Shown: positions 1 to 7,798 of the stretch, one piece after another | How the letters are laid out: each line of letters begins with the position of its first letter | How positions within the stretch are numbered: position 1 is the first letter of the stretch | Made by a program: the position numbers and the translations under genes | IMG/VR virus record: IMGVR_UViG_3300037246_001819 | Coordinates: 1-51,289 of that record | Origin: a virus | Taxonomy: Duplodnaviria; Caudoviricetes | Direction: 5' to 3' (one strand) | Length of the DNA stretch: 51,289 bases | The notes under the pieces: generated by a model | Seen by the model: the letters and a program-made list of their open reading frames with translations, nothing else | What the model was told of the DNA's origin: nothing | Database searches by the model: none

Positions 1-127
1 CCCTACTGACTGCAGCGCCGCTCGAATCGACAAGATGGCCAGGAACGATCTCGTCTGCGGCAATCGCAATGTGATTCACCCACCCGCCAGTCTGATTCCG
101 ATGATCGACGACGCTGATCGCCACGTC
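1..127. repeat. Terminal direct repeat, copy 1 (identical to 51163-51289); circular assembly overlap
   Basis: Exact 127-nt match between window start and end; an ORF reads through the junction. Confidence 0.95.
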
Positions 128-586
128 AAAGACATCGAAGTACCTGTGGACATCAACGGTGTACGGCGGCCAGACGCGTTTGGCGAAGTGGTTTTGCAGG
201 ATTGCGCAGACCGGATCTTCCTTCCAGTTGTTGAGGATGTCGGCCCGTTGCGCAGACCCGCTAACCGTCGCGCCCATGTCGCGGACCTTCTCGACCAGGA
301 CGGGCCGATCATCAAGCGTGGGCGAGTACGTGACCGGCACGCCCTTGAAGGTGATGGGCGGATTATCGAACAAGTCCTGCCCAGACTTGATGATCTTCGT
401 CACGAGCGCCTGATCCTTGGCACTCAACGACGCATAAGGCGTGTTGCCCAAGCCCAGCGTGTGGATGACCCGCTGGACAAGCGCGGCCTGCTCCGGCTCG
501 CGGGAGCATCGAGACCACAGCCAGCCCGCGCCGAGTGCGCCTGCCAGTACACCGACGGCGTTCCTCAGAAAACTGCGTCGATTCAT
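1..586 (-). CDS. 5' part of an origin-spanning 229-aa protein with a twin-arginine (Tat-like) signal; continues at 51162-51059
   Basis: GGAGG RBS then ATG at 586; MNRRSFLRNAVGVLAGALGAGWLW...; no stop to position 1; in frame with ORF 51059..51286. Confidence 0.85.
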   Translation of the reverse strand, partial: MNRRSFLRNAVGVLAGALGAGWLWSRCSREPEQAALVQRVIHTLGLGNTPYASLSAKDQALVTKIIKSGQDLFDNPPITFKGVPVTYSPTLDDRPVLVEKVRDMGATVSGSAQRADILNNWKEDPVCAILQNHFAKRVWPPYTVDVHRYFDVFDVAISVVDHRNQTGGWVNHIAIAADEIVPGHLVDSSGAAVSR

Positions 587-600
587 CGGTCAACCTCCAA

Positions 601-2490
601 TCAAAGTGACCAACCTGATGTCGCGAACTCCAGGCGTTTCGCCTTGGCACGCAAACCACGGCGGAAGGCCAGCGACGTCTCCGGCACACCGTCGTCTTCG
701 GGCCGCTCGCCTTCTGGCCGGCGGACCCGTGGCTGCGAGCCGAGCGCTTTCTCCGCCACCAGGCCGGCAATCACATGATCGCCGTGGTTCTCCGGCTTCG
801 CCGTCGGGTCGTTTCCGGCTACACGCGGTATCGTACCGCTCACGAACCCGCCCGCCGTCTGCCGATAATGAAGCATCTCACGAAAAATGGCCTTGCTCCG
901 ACAAATCACGTTGCCCTCGAGGACCGCATCCCCGAAGTGGCCGATCGCCGCGTCCCGGTTCTTCGGGTTGTTGTGCCAACCCGCCTTCGGGATCACCTTC
1001 GCTGCGCGGCTCTCTTCGTCTGCACGCCGGTACCATAACGCCGAATACCCGATCCCGCGAATCCTTTTCCCGAACCAGCCGCCCGGCCCGTTGGTCTCCC
1101 AGCTCAGCAGCGCGCGGTGGAACCAGCGCGCCATGGCCACACAGAGGCTCGCGAACTCCTTCGGGTCGTGATGGTAGCAGGTCAACTCGGCAACCTGCTC
1201 ACGCGTGTCCTTCCGAAGCACGACCGCAACCGACGGCGTGACGCCAACGCCATTCGAGATGTCCGCGCCGATCACGCAGTCGCCGTCCGGCGGCCCGCCG
1301 TCCGCTCCCAGCCCGCACCACAGTCGCAGCGACCCCGATTCCGCGCGCGTGAAACGCTTCACGTGCGGATCCTCTTCCTCGTCCTCCAAAACCAGGTCGC
1401 CGACCTCCATCGCCGGCCGGGCATCCCGGAGCTCCGCGTTCCGCACCCGTTCCGGCTCCCAGACCGGGAATCCGCTGCCCACGTACTCGATATCCCACTC
1501 GGACGCCATCTGCTGTCGTGTCGCACCCCGCTCGAACTCGTCCCGATCATACAGGATCGAACGCAGCCGCCCATCTTTCACGAACTTGTAACCCGACGGG
1601 AACTGATACTCCACGTCCAGGATCACCAACTGCCCGTCCCGATACTGGTACATCCCCTGATTCAAGATCGGATGGTCCTGCCAGTGCAGCGTGAGCTTGT
1701 CGACGGCCGGCGTACCGGGGGGCGGGTTCATCATCTCGTAGAACCGGCCGTGCGCTCCGTTCGGCGTGCTGATTGCCACCCGGCAATTCGTCGAACGCAT
1801 CGTCGCCGCCCACGCGCCCTCCGCGTCCGTGTCCGAGAACGACGCCAGCTCGTCGATCACGATGGCCAAACGACGCGCCGCCTTGCCCAGATTCTCCGTC
1901 GGAGCCTCGCCGTCAAAAACGGACCCCATCTCTCGGTTGCTCAAGTGGAATTTCCGCCGGTCATGCACCGGAACCATCCAACTCGGCAGGTACCGCAACT
2001 GTAAATCCAGCTTGAAGAACAACGTGTCGACGTCCCCCTCGGACGAGTCCACCAGCTCACGCGTCCGGCTCACCAGCAGGAAGCTCTGGCGCTGGAAGAA
2101 CAGCCACCGCCGGAAACAGCAGCCCGGGATCACCATGAACGTCGCGCCCTCGTCCCGGCTCTTCTCGATCGGGATGTCACGCTTGCCCAGCCGCTTCTCG
2201 ATCTCCAACAGCGTGTCATCCTGGAAATCAAACGTCAGAAATGGGAAGACCGCCGGCCCCATCGGCTCCCGCGGCTCGTACAAGACACAGAACACGTTCA
2301 CGAAATACAGCAAGTCCCGCTTACAGCGTAGCTTCTGCTCGTACTGGAACCCGGGATCGTCTTTGGCCCGCTCCCAGATCGCCTTCCGAAAGGCCAGATT
2401 CGCGTACGGATCCTTCGGCACCAGGCCGTAATGCGGCAGCCCCCGCTCGGCCGCGTAATCCGCCCGTGTCCGGCCCGGGTCAATGCGCAT
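601..2490 (-). CDS. terL: Terminase large subunit
   Basis: Walker A-like EKSRDEGAT, Walker B AIVIDE, motif III STPNG, RNase H-type VIGADISNG, WETNGPG and HGDHVIA; start set at ATG 2490 (ORF open to 2541). Confidence 0.92.
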   Translation of the reverse strand: MRIDPGRTRADYAAERGLPHYGLVPKDPYANLAFRKAIWERAKDDPGFQYEQKLRCKRDLLYFVNVFCVLYEPREPMGPAVFPFLTFDFQDDTLLEIEKRLGKRDIPIEKSRDEGATFMVIPGCCFRRWLFFQRQSFLLVSRTRELVDSSEGDVDTLFFKLDLQLRYLPSWMVPVHDRRKFHLSNREMGSVFDGEAPTENLGKAARRLAIVIDELASFSDTDAEGAWAATMRSTNCRVAISTPNGAHGRFYEMMNPPPGTPAVDKLTLHWQDHPILNQGMYQYRDGQLVILDVEYQFPSGYKFVKDGRLRSILYDRDEFERGATRQQMASEWDIEYVGSGFPVWEPERVRNAELRDARPAMEVGDLVLEDEEEDPHVKRFTRAESGSLRLWCGLGADGGPPDGDCVIGADISNGVGVTPSVAVVLRKDTREQVAELTCYHHDPKEFASLCVAMARWFHRALLSWETNGPGGWFGKRIRGIGYSALWYRRADEESRAAKVIPKAGWHNNPKNRDAAIGHFGDAVLEGNVICRSKAIFREMLHYRQTAGGFVSGTIPRVAGNDPTAKPENHGDHVIAGLVAEKALGSQPRVRRPEGERPEDDGVPETSLAFRRGLRAKAKRLEFATSGWSL

Positions 2491-2740
2491 CGTACGTCGC
2501 CGTCCAGTTCCGGCATAGATCCGTCCGAAAATCCCAGACACAGAAGGCGATGCCGCGATGGCAGACCAGCGGCCCCAGTTGGATACGAACCACTCTCCCG
2601 TGATCCGTGGTCAACCGCGAAAAACGCCACGGTCGGCGCCAGTCCGAAAACAAACTCCAATTCCCGTCAATCCGCAGATGAAACTCCCACGCGCGCCAAC
2701 GCCAGAACAAGTACCATCGCCGTTTGCTTACGAAGATCAT
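2480..2740 (-). CDS. Hypothetical Trp-rich protein
   Basis: Fills the gap between 2737 and terL with overlaps at both ends. Confidence 0.5.
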   Translation of the reverse strand: MIFVSKRRWYLFWRWRAWEFHLRIDGNWSLFSDWRRPWRFSRLTTDHGRVVRIQLGPLVCHRGIAFCVWDFRTDLCRNWTATYDAH

Positions 2741-3408
2741 CCCGGCACCTCCACCCCATGCTCCAACCACCGACCTCGAGCCGACATCTTCGCCGCCTCG
2801 GCCATCTTCTCAACCCCGTCCGTCAGATCGTCCAGCTTCCGACCATCGTCCGAGAACTTCTGCGCCTGCTTCAGGTCCCGGATGCTCGGCAACACTCGCG
2901 GCCACAGCTTCTCAAAGAAGAACTGCCGAGTCGACCGGCTCCGGCTGTAAACCTGCCACATCGCAAACGCTCCACTCGTCGGAGCGTCCTCCGGCCGGAT
3001 CCCCTCAACCGCCAAGTTCTCCTTCACCCAGTCAATCTCCTCCAACTGGCTAACCTGGCCACTGCGACGAAAAACGTCCGCCGGAAATACCTCCAGTTCG
3101 GACGCCTTCCCGGTACTGCTAGAACCTGGCGCCTCACCCTCGGCCGCCGCGCGAGCGTTCCGGCCCCTGGTCTGATCCGAACGATCCTCCCGAACCCGCC
3201 GCTCCGAAATCTCCTCCTCCGTCGGCGCCAGCCCCTCTCCCCGACGTGCCTCCAACTCCTCCTCGCCAAACGGCGGATACGCCTTGTCGAACGCCGACTT
3301 GAACGCCATCCCAACCAACCCCCGAGACCTCAACTCTGCCTTCAAATCAACGTACTCGTCCCAGCGACCCTCTGACCACATCCGAAATGCCGTCTTCGTC
3401 ATCCCCAT
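2737..3408 (-). CDS. Hypothetical protein, possible terminase small subunit
   Basis: 223 aa, charged and helical, just upstream of terL; function from synteny only. Confidence 0.5.
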   Translation of the reverse strand: MGMTKTAFRMWSEGRWDEYVDLKAELRSRGLVGMAFKSAFDKAYPPFGEEELEARRGEGLAPTEEEISERRVREDRSDQTRGRNARAAAEGEAPGSSSTGKASELEVFPADVFRRSGQVSQLEEIDWVKENLAVEGIRPEDAPTSGAFAMWQVYSRSRSTRQFFFEKLWPRVLPSIRDLKQAQKFSDDGRKLDDLTDGVEKMAEAAKMSARGRWLEHGVEVPG

Positions 3409-3620
3409 CAGACCGCCGCCCCCGTAAACTCACCCGGCAACCTCGAGACCTCCTCTTTCTCGGGGCCGTAGATAATGTACTGGACCACTTCAACGCGGAC
3501 GGTGTGCCCATGAGCCCGGGCGTGCCGCGCCGCAACCCCCTGCGCATTCGGCGCCGTCCACCTCTTGCCGCAATCGTCGCATTCTGCGTCGACACAACGA
3601 CGGCCAAGCCTGTAGCTCAT
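3408..3620 (-). CDS. Small C2H2-like zinc-finger protein
   Basis: CDDC...HARAHGH; abuts the next gene. Confidence 0.6.
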   Translation of the reverse strand: MSYRLGRRCVDAECDDCGKRWTAPNAQGVAARHARAHGHTVRVEVVQYIIYGPEKEEVSRLPGEFTGAAV

Positions 3621-4055
3621 ACAGCACCAGCCAACTCAAATCCCATATCTGTAGGATAACCCACAAACCCCCCGCATGCAATCAGCATCTGTAAGATAAT
3701 ACCGTGACCGCTTCCGGACAACGGTGGGGGATGTGGGGGGACGTGAAGGGGGACATACGTAGGGACGGGCCCGCATTTTGCCCGGGGGGCGAATCCGCGG
3801 CCGGCCTGGCGAATGGGTCCCATCCAGCCTGAAACGCATGGAAAGCGGCTCGAAAGCGGCCTCAAAGCGCCAGGATGGGGGTTGAATCCGGGCGCCATAC
3901 GTGCACATGGCGCGAGGATGGGCTGCTCGAGCCGTGCGCTGCGCTCGAATCCACCAGGGCGGGGCGATCTTCGGTCGCGCGCTGGTACGTTCCACCATCC
4001 AGTCCACCCCACTTTGCTCCGGCTTTCCGTCCGCCTTGCTGGCGCTTTGCTCTAC

Positions 4056-4078
4056 CTGTCTGTCTGTCTGTCTGTCTG
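4056..4078. repeat. (CTGT)5+ microsatellite in the non-coding region between divergent operons
   Basis: ctgtctgtctgtctgtctgtctg. Confidence 0.9.
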
Positions 4079-4274
4079 CCTTTGCTCTTGCCTTTCCGGC
4101 GCTTGTCTTTGTATTGAATCCGCTGCTGTTGTGACCGGACGTGCAACACTAGGGTAAACCGTCCAGTTGTATGGCATGCCAAACAGTTGATTGGTGCGCT
4201 TAGCAGTTCGCTGATTAGGTGAGGCGTCGAGTAACTAACGCGGGCGCGCGTAGGCAATCTCAACTATCTACGCG

Positions 4275-4319
4275 CTATTCCGGGAATAGGTTTGACTTCT
4301 TGGAGATAGGCGCCATAAT
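4275..4319 (+). promoter_or_regulatory. Sigma70-like early promoter with an adjacent palindromic operator candidate
   Basis: TTGACT (4292-4297), 16 nt, CATAAT (4314-4319); CTATTCC-G-GGAATAG inverted repeat at 4275-4289; heads the + strand operon. Confidence 0.6.
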
Positions 4320-4365
4320 GGGGGATAGAGCATGAACCAGAGACCTGAGATTGGAGGCACGACCG

Positions 4366-4596
4366 ATGCAAGCTTACTCAGACCCAAGCCGCGAGACCGA
4401 CCCACGCGCCTTGCCGGATGTTGAGGTATTCCACTTGACTGGCAATGAGGAATGGAATCATCCGCTTGATGATTCAGCTCCGCGGCGTGGGTGGTACTGG
4501 TGGTCCTGCTTCCCGGGCTGCCTACCTGACGGCGACCCGATCGGACCATTTGACAGCGAGCGTGAGGCGCTGGCCGACGCGCAGGACGTGCTGTAA
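4366..4596 (+). CDS. Hypothetical early protein
   Basis: GGAGG RBS; GWYWWSCFPGCLPD..PIGPF motif; TAATG coupling to the next gene. Confidence 0.8.
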   Translation: MQAYSDPSRETDPRALPDVEVFHLTGNEEWNHPLDDSAPRRGWYWWSCFPGCLPDGDPIGPFDSEREALADAQDVL

Positions 4597-5255
4597 TGGA
4601 CACACGCCCCCTGTACGAGCGGTACCGTCCGCATGAGCTCGCCGACGTGATCGGGCAGCCGGCCGCGGTCGATGCACTGGCCGGCCTCGAGGCGCGGTCA
4701 GGTTTCGGCGGGCGCGCGTACTGGATAACGGGCGTGTCCGGAGCTGGCAAAACTACGCTCGCGCGGATCATCGCTGCCGGTGTCGCCGATCCGTATTGGG
4801 TGACGGAGTACGACTCGGCGGACCTGGTGACGGCCGCGGTCCTGCGCCAGCTATCCGACGATCTGCACCTCTACGGCGGCGGTTCCAGGGGTGGGCGGGC
4901 GTGGATTGTGAACGAAGCGCATGGACTCCGCGAGCCGATCATTCGGCGGTTTGAAGGGATCCTGGAGCGCTTGCCATCTCACGTAGTGATCATTTTCACG
5001 ACCACGCGCGCAGGCGAGAAGAAGCTATTCGCCGACGGGATTGAGGGCGGCCCGCTACTCTCGCGGTGCCTAGCGATCCCGCTCACTAATCAGGGCCTTG
5101 CCCCAACATTCGCCAAGCGGGCCCGCGAGATTGCCGAGCGTGAGAACTTGAACGGCCGGCCGGAAGCGGATTACGTCAAGCTGCTGCAGCTCCACCACAA
5201 CAACATGCGAGCGGCGCTGCAGGCGATCGAATCAGGCGAGATGCTCGCGAAATGA
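4596..5255 (+). CDS. Clamp-loader-clade AAA+ ATPase (DnaX/RFC/RarA-like), AAA+ module only
   Basis: LYERYRP..LADVIGQ, Walker A GVSGAGKTT, Walker B variant IVNEAH, SRC motif, sensor-2 MRAAL. Confidence 0.88.
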   Translation: MDTRPLYERYRPHELADVIGQPAAVDALAGLEARSGFGGRAYWITGVSGAGKTTLARIIAAGVADPYWVTEYDSADLVTAAVLRQLSDDLHLYGGGSRGGRAWIVNEAHGLREPIIRRFEGILERLPSHVVIIFTTTRAGEKKLFADGIEGGPLLSRCLAIPLTNQGLAPTFAKRAREIAERENLNGRPEADYVKLLQLHHNNMRAALQAIESGEMLAK

Positions 5256-5287
5256 CCGTAACCACTGGCACAGTATGGCATTACCAC

Positions 5288-5305
5288 TTTCGCCAATTGG
5301 CGAAA
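5288..5305. promoter_or_regulatory. 18-bp palindrome TTTCGCCAATTGGCGAAA, copy 1
   Basis: Exact palindrome just upstream of an RBS and ATG 5323. Confidence 0.9.
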
Positions 5306-5322
5306 CACGAAAGGATCAAACC

Positions 5323-5691
5323 ATGAGCGAGACGAAACACACGCCCGGGCCCTTGACTGTGGAGTGTCGCTTCCCGAACCATGAGGTTCCCGATGGCTAC
5401 ACGATTCACGCGCCCCGCGGCTCCCGTTTCCCGCCCGCAGCCGGGTCACCCTCGACGACGTTACTGATCGCACAAATTAGTTCAATTTTCACGCACAGAG
5501 TAGGGCCCGCTGAGGCCAAGGCGACTGTCGACAGGCTCGCGCTAGCGTACAACGCCCACGACGACCTCCTGGCCGCGTGCGAGTTGGTTGCAGGTGCCCG
5601 GCGTGGCGCATATGGGCAAGAGTACAACATGGCCGCTGCGTACAAAGCGGTTGACGCTGCCATCGCCAAGGCGACGCAGAAGCCAGTGTAA
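5323..5691 (+). CDS. Hypothetical protein (KHTPGP...NAHDDLL type), paralog of 9101..9409
   Basis: AAGGA RBS; shares NAHDDLLxACE and AAxAKA with the 9101 gene. Confidence 0.8.
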   Translation: MSETKHTPGPLTVECRFPNHEVPDGYTIHAPRGSRFPPAAGSPSTTLLIAQISSIFTHRVGPAEAKATVDRLALAYNAHDDLLAACELVAGARRGAYGQEYNMAAAYKAVDAAIAKATQKPV

Positions 5692-5717
5692 CCCGTTACC
5701 AGTGCAAGGATTCCCGT

Positions 5718-5735
5718 TTTCGCCAATTGGCGAAA
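5718..5735. promoter_or_regulatory. 18-bp palindrome, copy 2
   Basis: Exact TTTCGCCAATTGGCGAAA, intergenic. Confidence 0.9.
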
Positions 5736-5758
5736 CCTTCAACGAAAGCGAGGGCATC

Positions 5759-5989
5759 ATGTGCTTCGGACACCCTGAAATCCAAGACACCGCGGTTATC
5801 GGCGACGCCTGCCCACGGCCGACTTGGCGACGCGCGCAGGTCACGCTCATTACCGAGACCGGGCGTTACGCTGGCCGACCGGCGTGGATAACCATCAAGC
5901 CGGGCGCCGATCCGATTCGCCTAGGTGTTGAGATGGCCCACGAGGAACAGTGCGGGATCGAGCTACGCATCCCGCGCGACACGTTTTGA
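5759..5989 (+). CDS. Hypothetical protein
   Basis: ATG after GAGG, downstream of palindrome 2. Confidence 0.6.
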   Translation: MCFGHPEIQDTAVIGDACPRPTWRRAQVTLITETGRYAGRPAWITIKPGADPIRLGVEMAHEEQCGIELRIPRDTF

Positions 5990-5998
5990 GCCGCCGCC

Positions 5999-6088
5999 AT
6001 GACCTACCGAGACCGCCAGAACCGATGGATAGTCGCCACGCTCGGCGCGCTGCTCGTGGCCGCGCTGATCGAGCTGGCGACGCACTGA
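5999..6088 (+). CDS. Small single-TM peptide (29 aa)
   Basis: MTYRDRQNRWIVATLGALLVAALIELATH; fills an operon gap; not in the ORF track. Confidence 0.5.
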   Translation: MTYRDRQNRWIVATLGALLVAALIELATH

Positions 6089-6104
6089 CACGGAGAGTAG
6101 ACCG

Positions 6105-6296
6105 ATGAACGTCGAAATCACAGATAAGGCCAGGTCGCTTTGCGACTGCGGGCATACTGGCGACGGGCCGAACAGCCAGCACGAGGATCTTATCCAGCAA
6201 GGGCACGGGCCTTGCCGGCAATGTGACTGCCAGCGATTCAGATGGGTGAAGTTCCTGCCAGAATTCGAGCAGAAACACCCCGTAAAAACCCGATAG
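6105..6296 (+). CDS. Small Cys/His-rich (zinc-binding) protein
   Basis: CDCGH...H...CRQCDC; GGAG RBS. Confidence 0.75.
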   Translation: MNVEITDKARSLCDCGHTGDGPNSQHEDLIQQGHGPCRQCDCQRFRWVKFLPEFEQKHPVKTR

Positions 6297-6374
6297 CCGA
6301 TCTGAGGCGAACGCGCCCCCACGCGGGGCGCGCTGCCCCGGACCGTCAACCCCGGGAGAAACGGAGTTAGAACC

Positions 6375-6710
6375 ATGAGCGAACAGGAAGATTTGTTTGG
6401 CCCGGTCATCTCGACGTACACGAGCGAGCAGGCCATCGAGGATGGGTTTTTGTGCCAGCCGTACCCGAACAAGTTCCCGGGCTGGTGCTTCACGGCTGGC
6501 GTACACGCCGCTATCGAAGCGAAGGATGACGGGCGCACCTACGCCCAGAAGGCCATCCCGCTGCTGATGGACGCGGCAATGATCGTTCGGGCGCAGCCTG
6601 GCGACCATCTGTACACCAAGGGGCTATTCGGCAACGTGACCGACAAGGAGGTTTGGATCGGCGCGAACGAACTCGGCGGCTTTACGCTGATGTTCCCAGA
6701 CGAGTATTAG
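6375..6710 (+). CDS. Hypothetical protein resembling DUF6573
   Basis: FGPVISTYTSEQAIEDG at the N-terminus and TLMFPDEY at the C-terminus; GGAG RBS. Confidence 0.75.
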   Translation: MSEQEDLFGPVISTYTSEQAIEDGFLCQPYPNKFPGWCFTAGVHAAIEAKDDGRTYAQKAIPLLMDAAMIVRAQPGDHLYTKGLFGNVTDKEVWIGANELGGFTLMFPDEY

Positions 6711-6774
6711 CCGAAACGCGCCACCGGGCGCGTCTGCCGGGATTCGGTTTCCCGGCACTGACGAGGCAACCGAA
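6710..6774 (+). ncRNA. Hammerhead ribozyme, type II, with loop-tail pseudoknot
   Basis: GCC-GAAAC-GCGCC(ACCG)GGCGC-GTC^-TGCCGGGA(TTCGGTT)TCCCGGCA-CTGACGA-GGC-AACCGAA; complete catalytic core; predicted cleavage after 6734. Confidence 0.9.
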
Positions 6775-6791
6775 CAGAAGGAAATACGGTT

Positions 6792-7337
6792 ATGAAACGC
6801 TACTACTGCGAACGTCACCTGATTGAGCATTTGCGGTCGGCTCCAGAGCTTGCCGTCAGGGATGCCGCCACGGTGATCCAGACTGCCGCGTGCAACCCAG
6901 CGGACTGTCCGCGCTGCCAAGAGACAACGAGCGAAGTCCCCCCGGAAAGTAACGAGCTCGCGGAGGTCGTGGACAGATTGACCTCTCCCCCCTGCCAGCG
7001 CACCCCGGGGGAGCTCGTGCACGTTGACGCCAAGCTGTGGGCGAAGCTCTGCCAAGCGGTCGCCGACTATCGCCTGTACACCATGGCCCATCTCGAACCG
7101 TTCGCGCTCAAAACGCTCGTAACCGCAACTCGCAACCTGGTCGGCGCATGGCACGCAGCCGGCGCCGACGCCGCGGCCGACGGGATCCTCCAGCAGATCG
7201 ACCGGGCGAAAGTCGAGGACGAGCCGGCCTTAACGGTTCAGGATCTTTCCGCCAAGCTGGACGACGCTTATGGCATCCAGGCAGAGCAAATCAACGTTCT
7301 GGCCGCTCGCCTCGACAAGATTGAGAGTGCCCGATAA
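6792..7337 (+). CDS. Hypothetical protein
   Basis: AAGGA RBS; 181 aa; C-terminal coiled coil. Confidence 0.7.
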   Translation: MKRYYCERHLIEHLRSAPELAVRDAATVIQTAACNPADCPRCQETTSEVPPESNELAEVVDRLTSPPCQRTPGELVHVDAKLWAKLCQAVADYRLYTMAHLEPFALKTLVTATRNLVGAWHAAGADAAADGILQQIDRAKVEDEPALTVQDLSAKLDDAYGIQAEQINVLAARLDKIESAR

Positions 7338-7389
7338 ACGGGCCGCCTGATTTTCCGACCGAAATGCCGCACCAGGCATGAGTTATGAC

Positions 7390-7407
7390 TTTCGCCAATT
7401 GGCGAAA
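7390..7407. promoter_or_regulatory. 18-bp palindrome, copy 3
   Basis: Exact; followed by cacgaaagga..aaccATG as in copy 1. Confidence 0.9.
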
Positions 7408-7425
7408 ACACGAAAGGACAGAACC

Positions 7426-7632
7426 ATGACGCCAAAAGAACAGAAACGCGCCGCCTTATCCGCTGGTCTTGACCAAGCGTGGGCAGCACTTGACCTCGGC
7501 CTTGAAACCTTGGGCCCCGCTGCCCACCGTTGGCCCAAAGATAGCCCCGAGAACATCCTCATAAGCGCGGCACTCCACGTCGTCTGCGCCGAACTATGTG
7601 CTCGGCGCGCCCGCGCGCAGAAACCGACGTAA
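7426..7632 (+). CDS. Hypothetical protein
   Basis: AAGGA RBS; 68 aa. Confidence 0.7.
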   Translation: MTPKEQKRAALSAGLDQAWAALDLGLETLGPAAHRWPKDSPENILISAALHVVCAELCARRARAQKPT

Positions 7633-7679
7633 CCCGCCATTGTGCATCAGCTTACTGTTTTCGCCAATTGGCGAAAACC
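7618..7679 (+). repeat. 62-bp module containing palindrome copy 4 (7659-7676); inverted copy at 21573-21634
   Basis: 57/62 identical to the reverse complement of 21573-21634. Confidence 0.92.
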
Positions 7680-7689
7680 GGAGAACGCC

Positions 7690-7788
7690 ATGCTAATTGA
7701 AGACCAACTCGACCGGGCGTTGCTGCCCCTGGTTCTACTACTGGCGGTCGCGGTGATTGCGTTTGCGGTCATGCGACTCGCCCAATGA
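7690..7788 (+). CDS. Small single-TM peptide (32 aa)
   Basis: GGAGA RBS; MLIEDQLDRALLPLVLLLAVAVIAFAVMRLAQ; not in the ORF track. Confidence 0.65.
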   Translation: MLIEDQLDRALLPLVLLLAVAVIAFAVMRLAQ

Positions 7789-7798
7789 GGAGAAAACC

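Noticed and set aside
1-127. 127-bp terminal repeat as a biological DTR
   Set aside because: It falls mid-gene and 127 is a common assembler k-mer length, so it is best read as circular overlap
5288-7676. Clustered palindromes as a CRISPR array, with the Cas4-like nuclease as a cas gene
   Set aside because: Spacing is irregular (hundreds to thousands of nt) with whole genes between copies; there are no cas1/cas2 or effector genes; the nuclease sits in a recombination module
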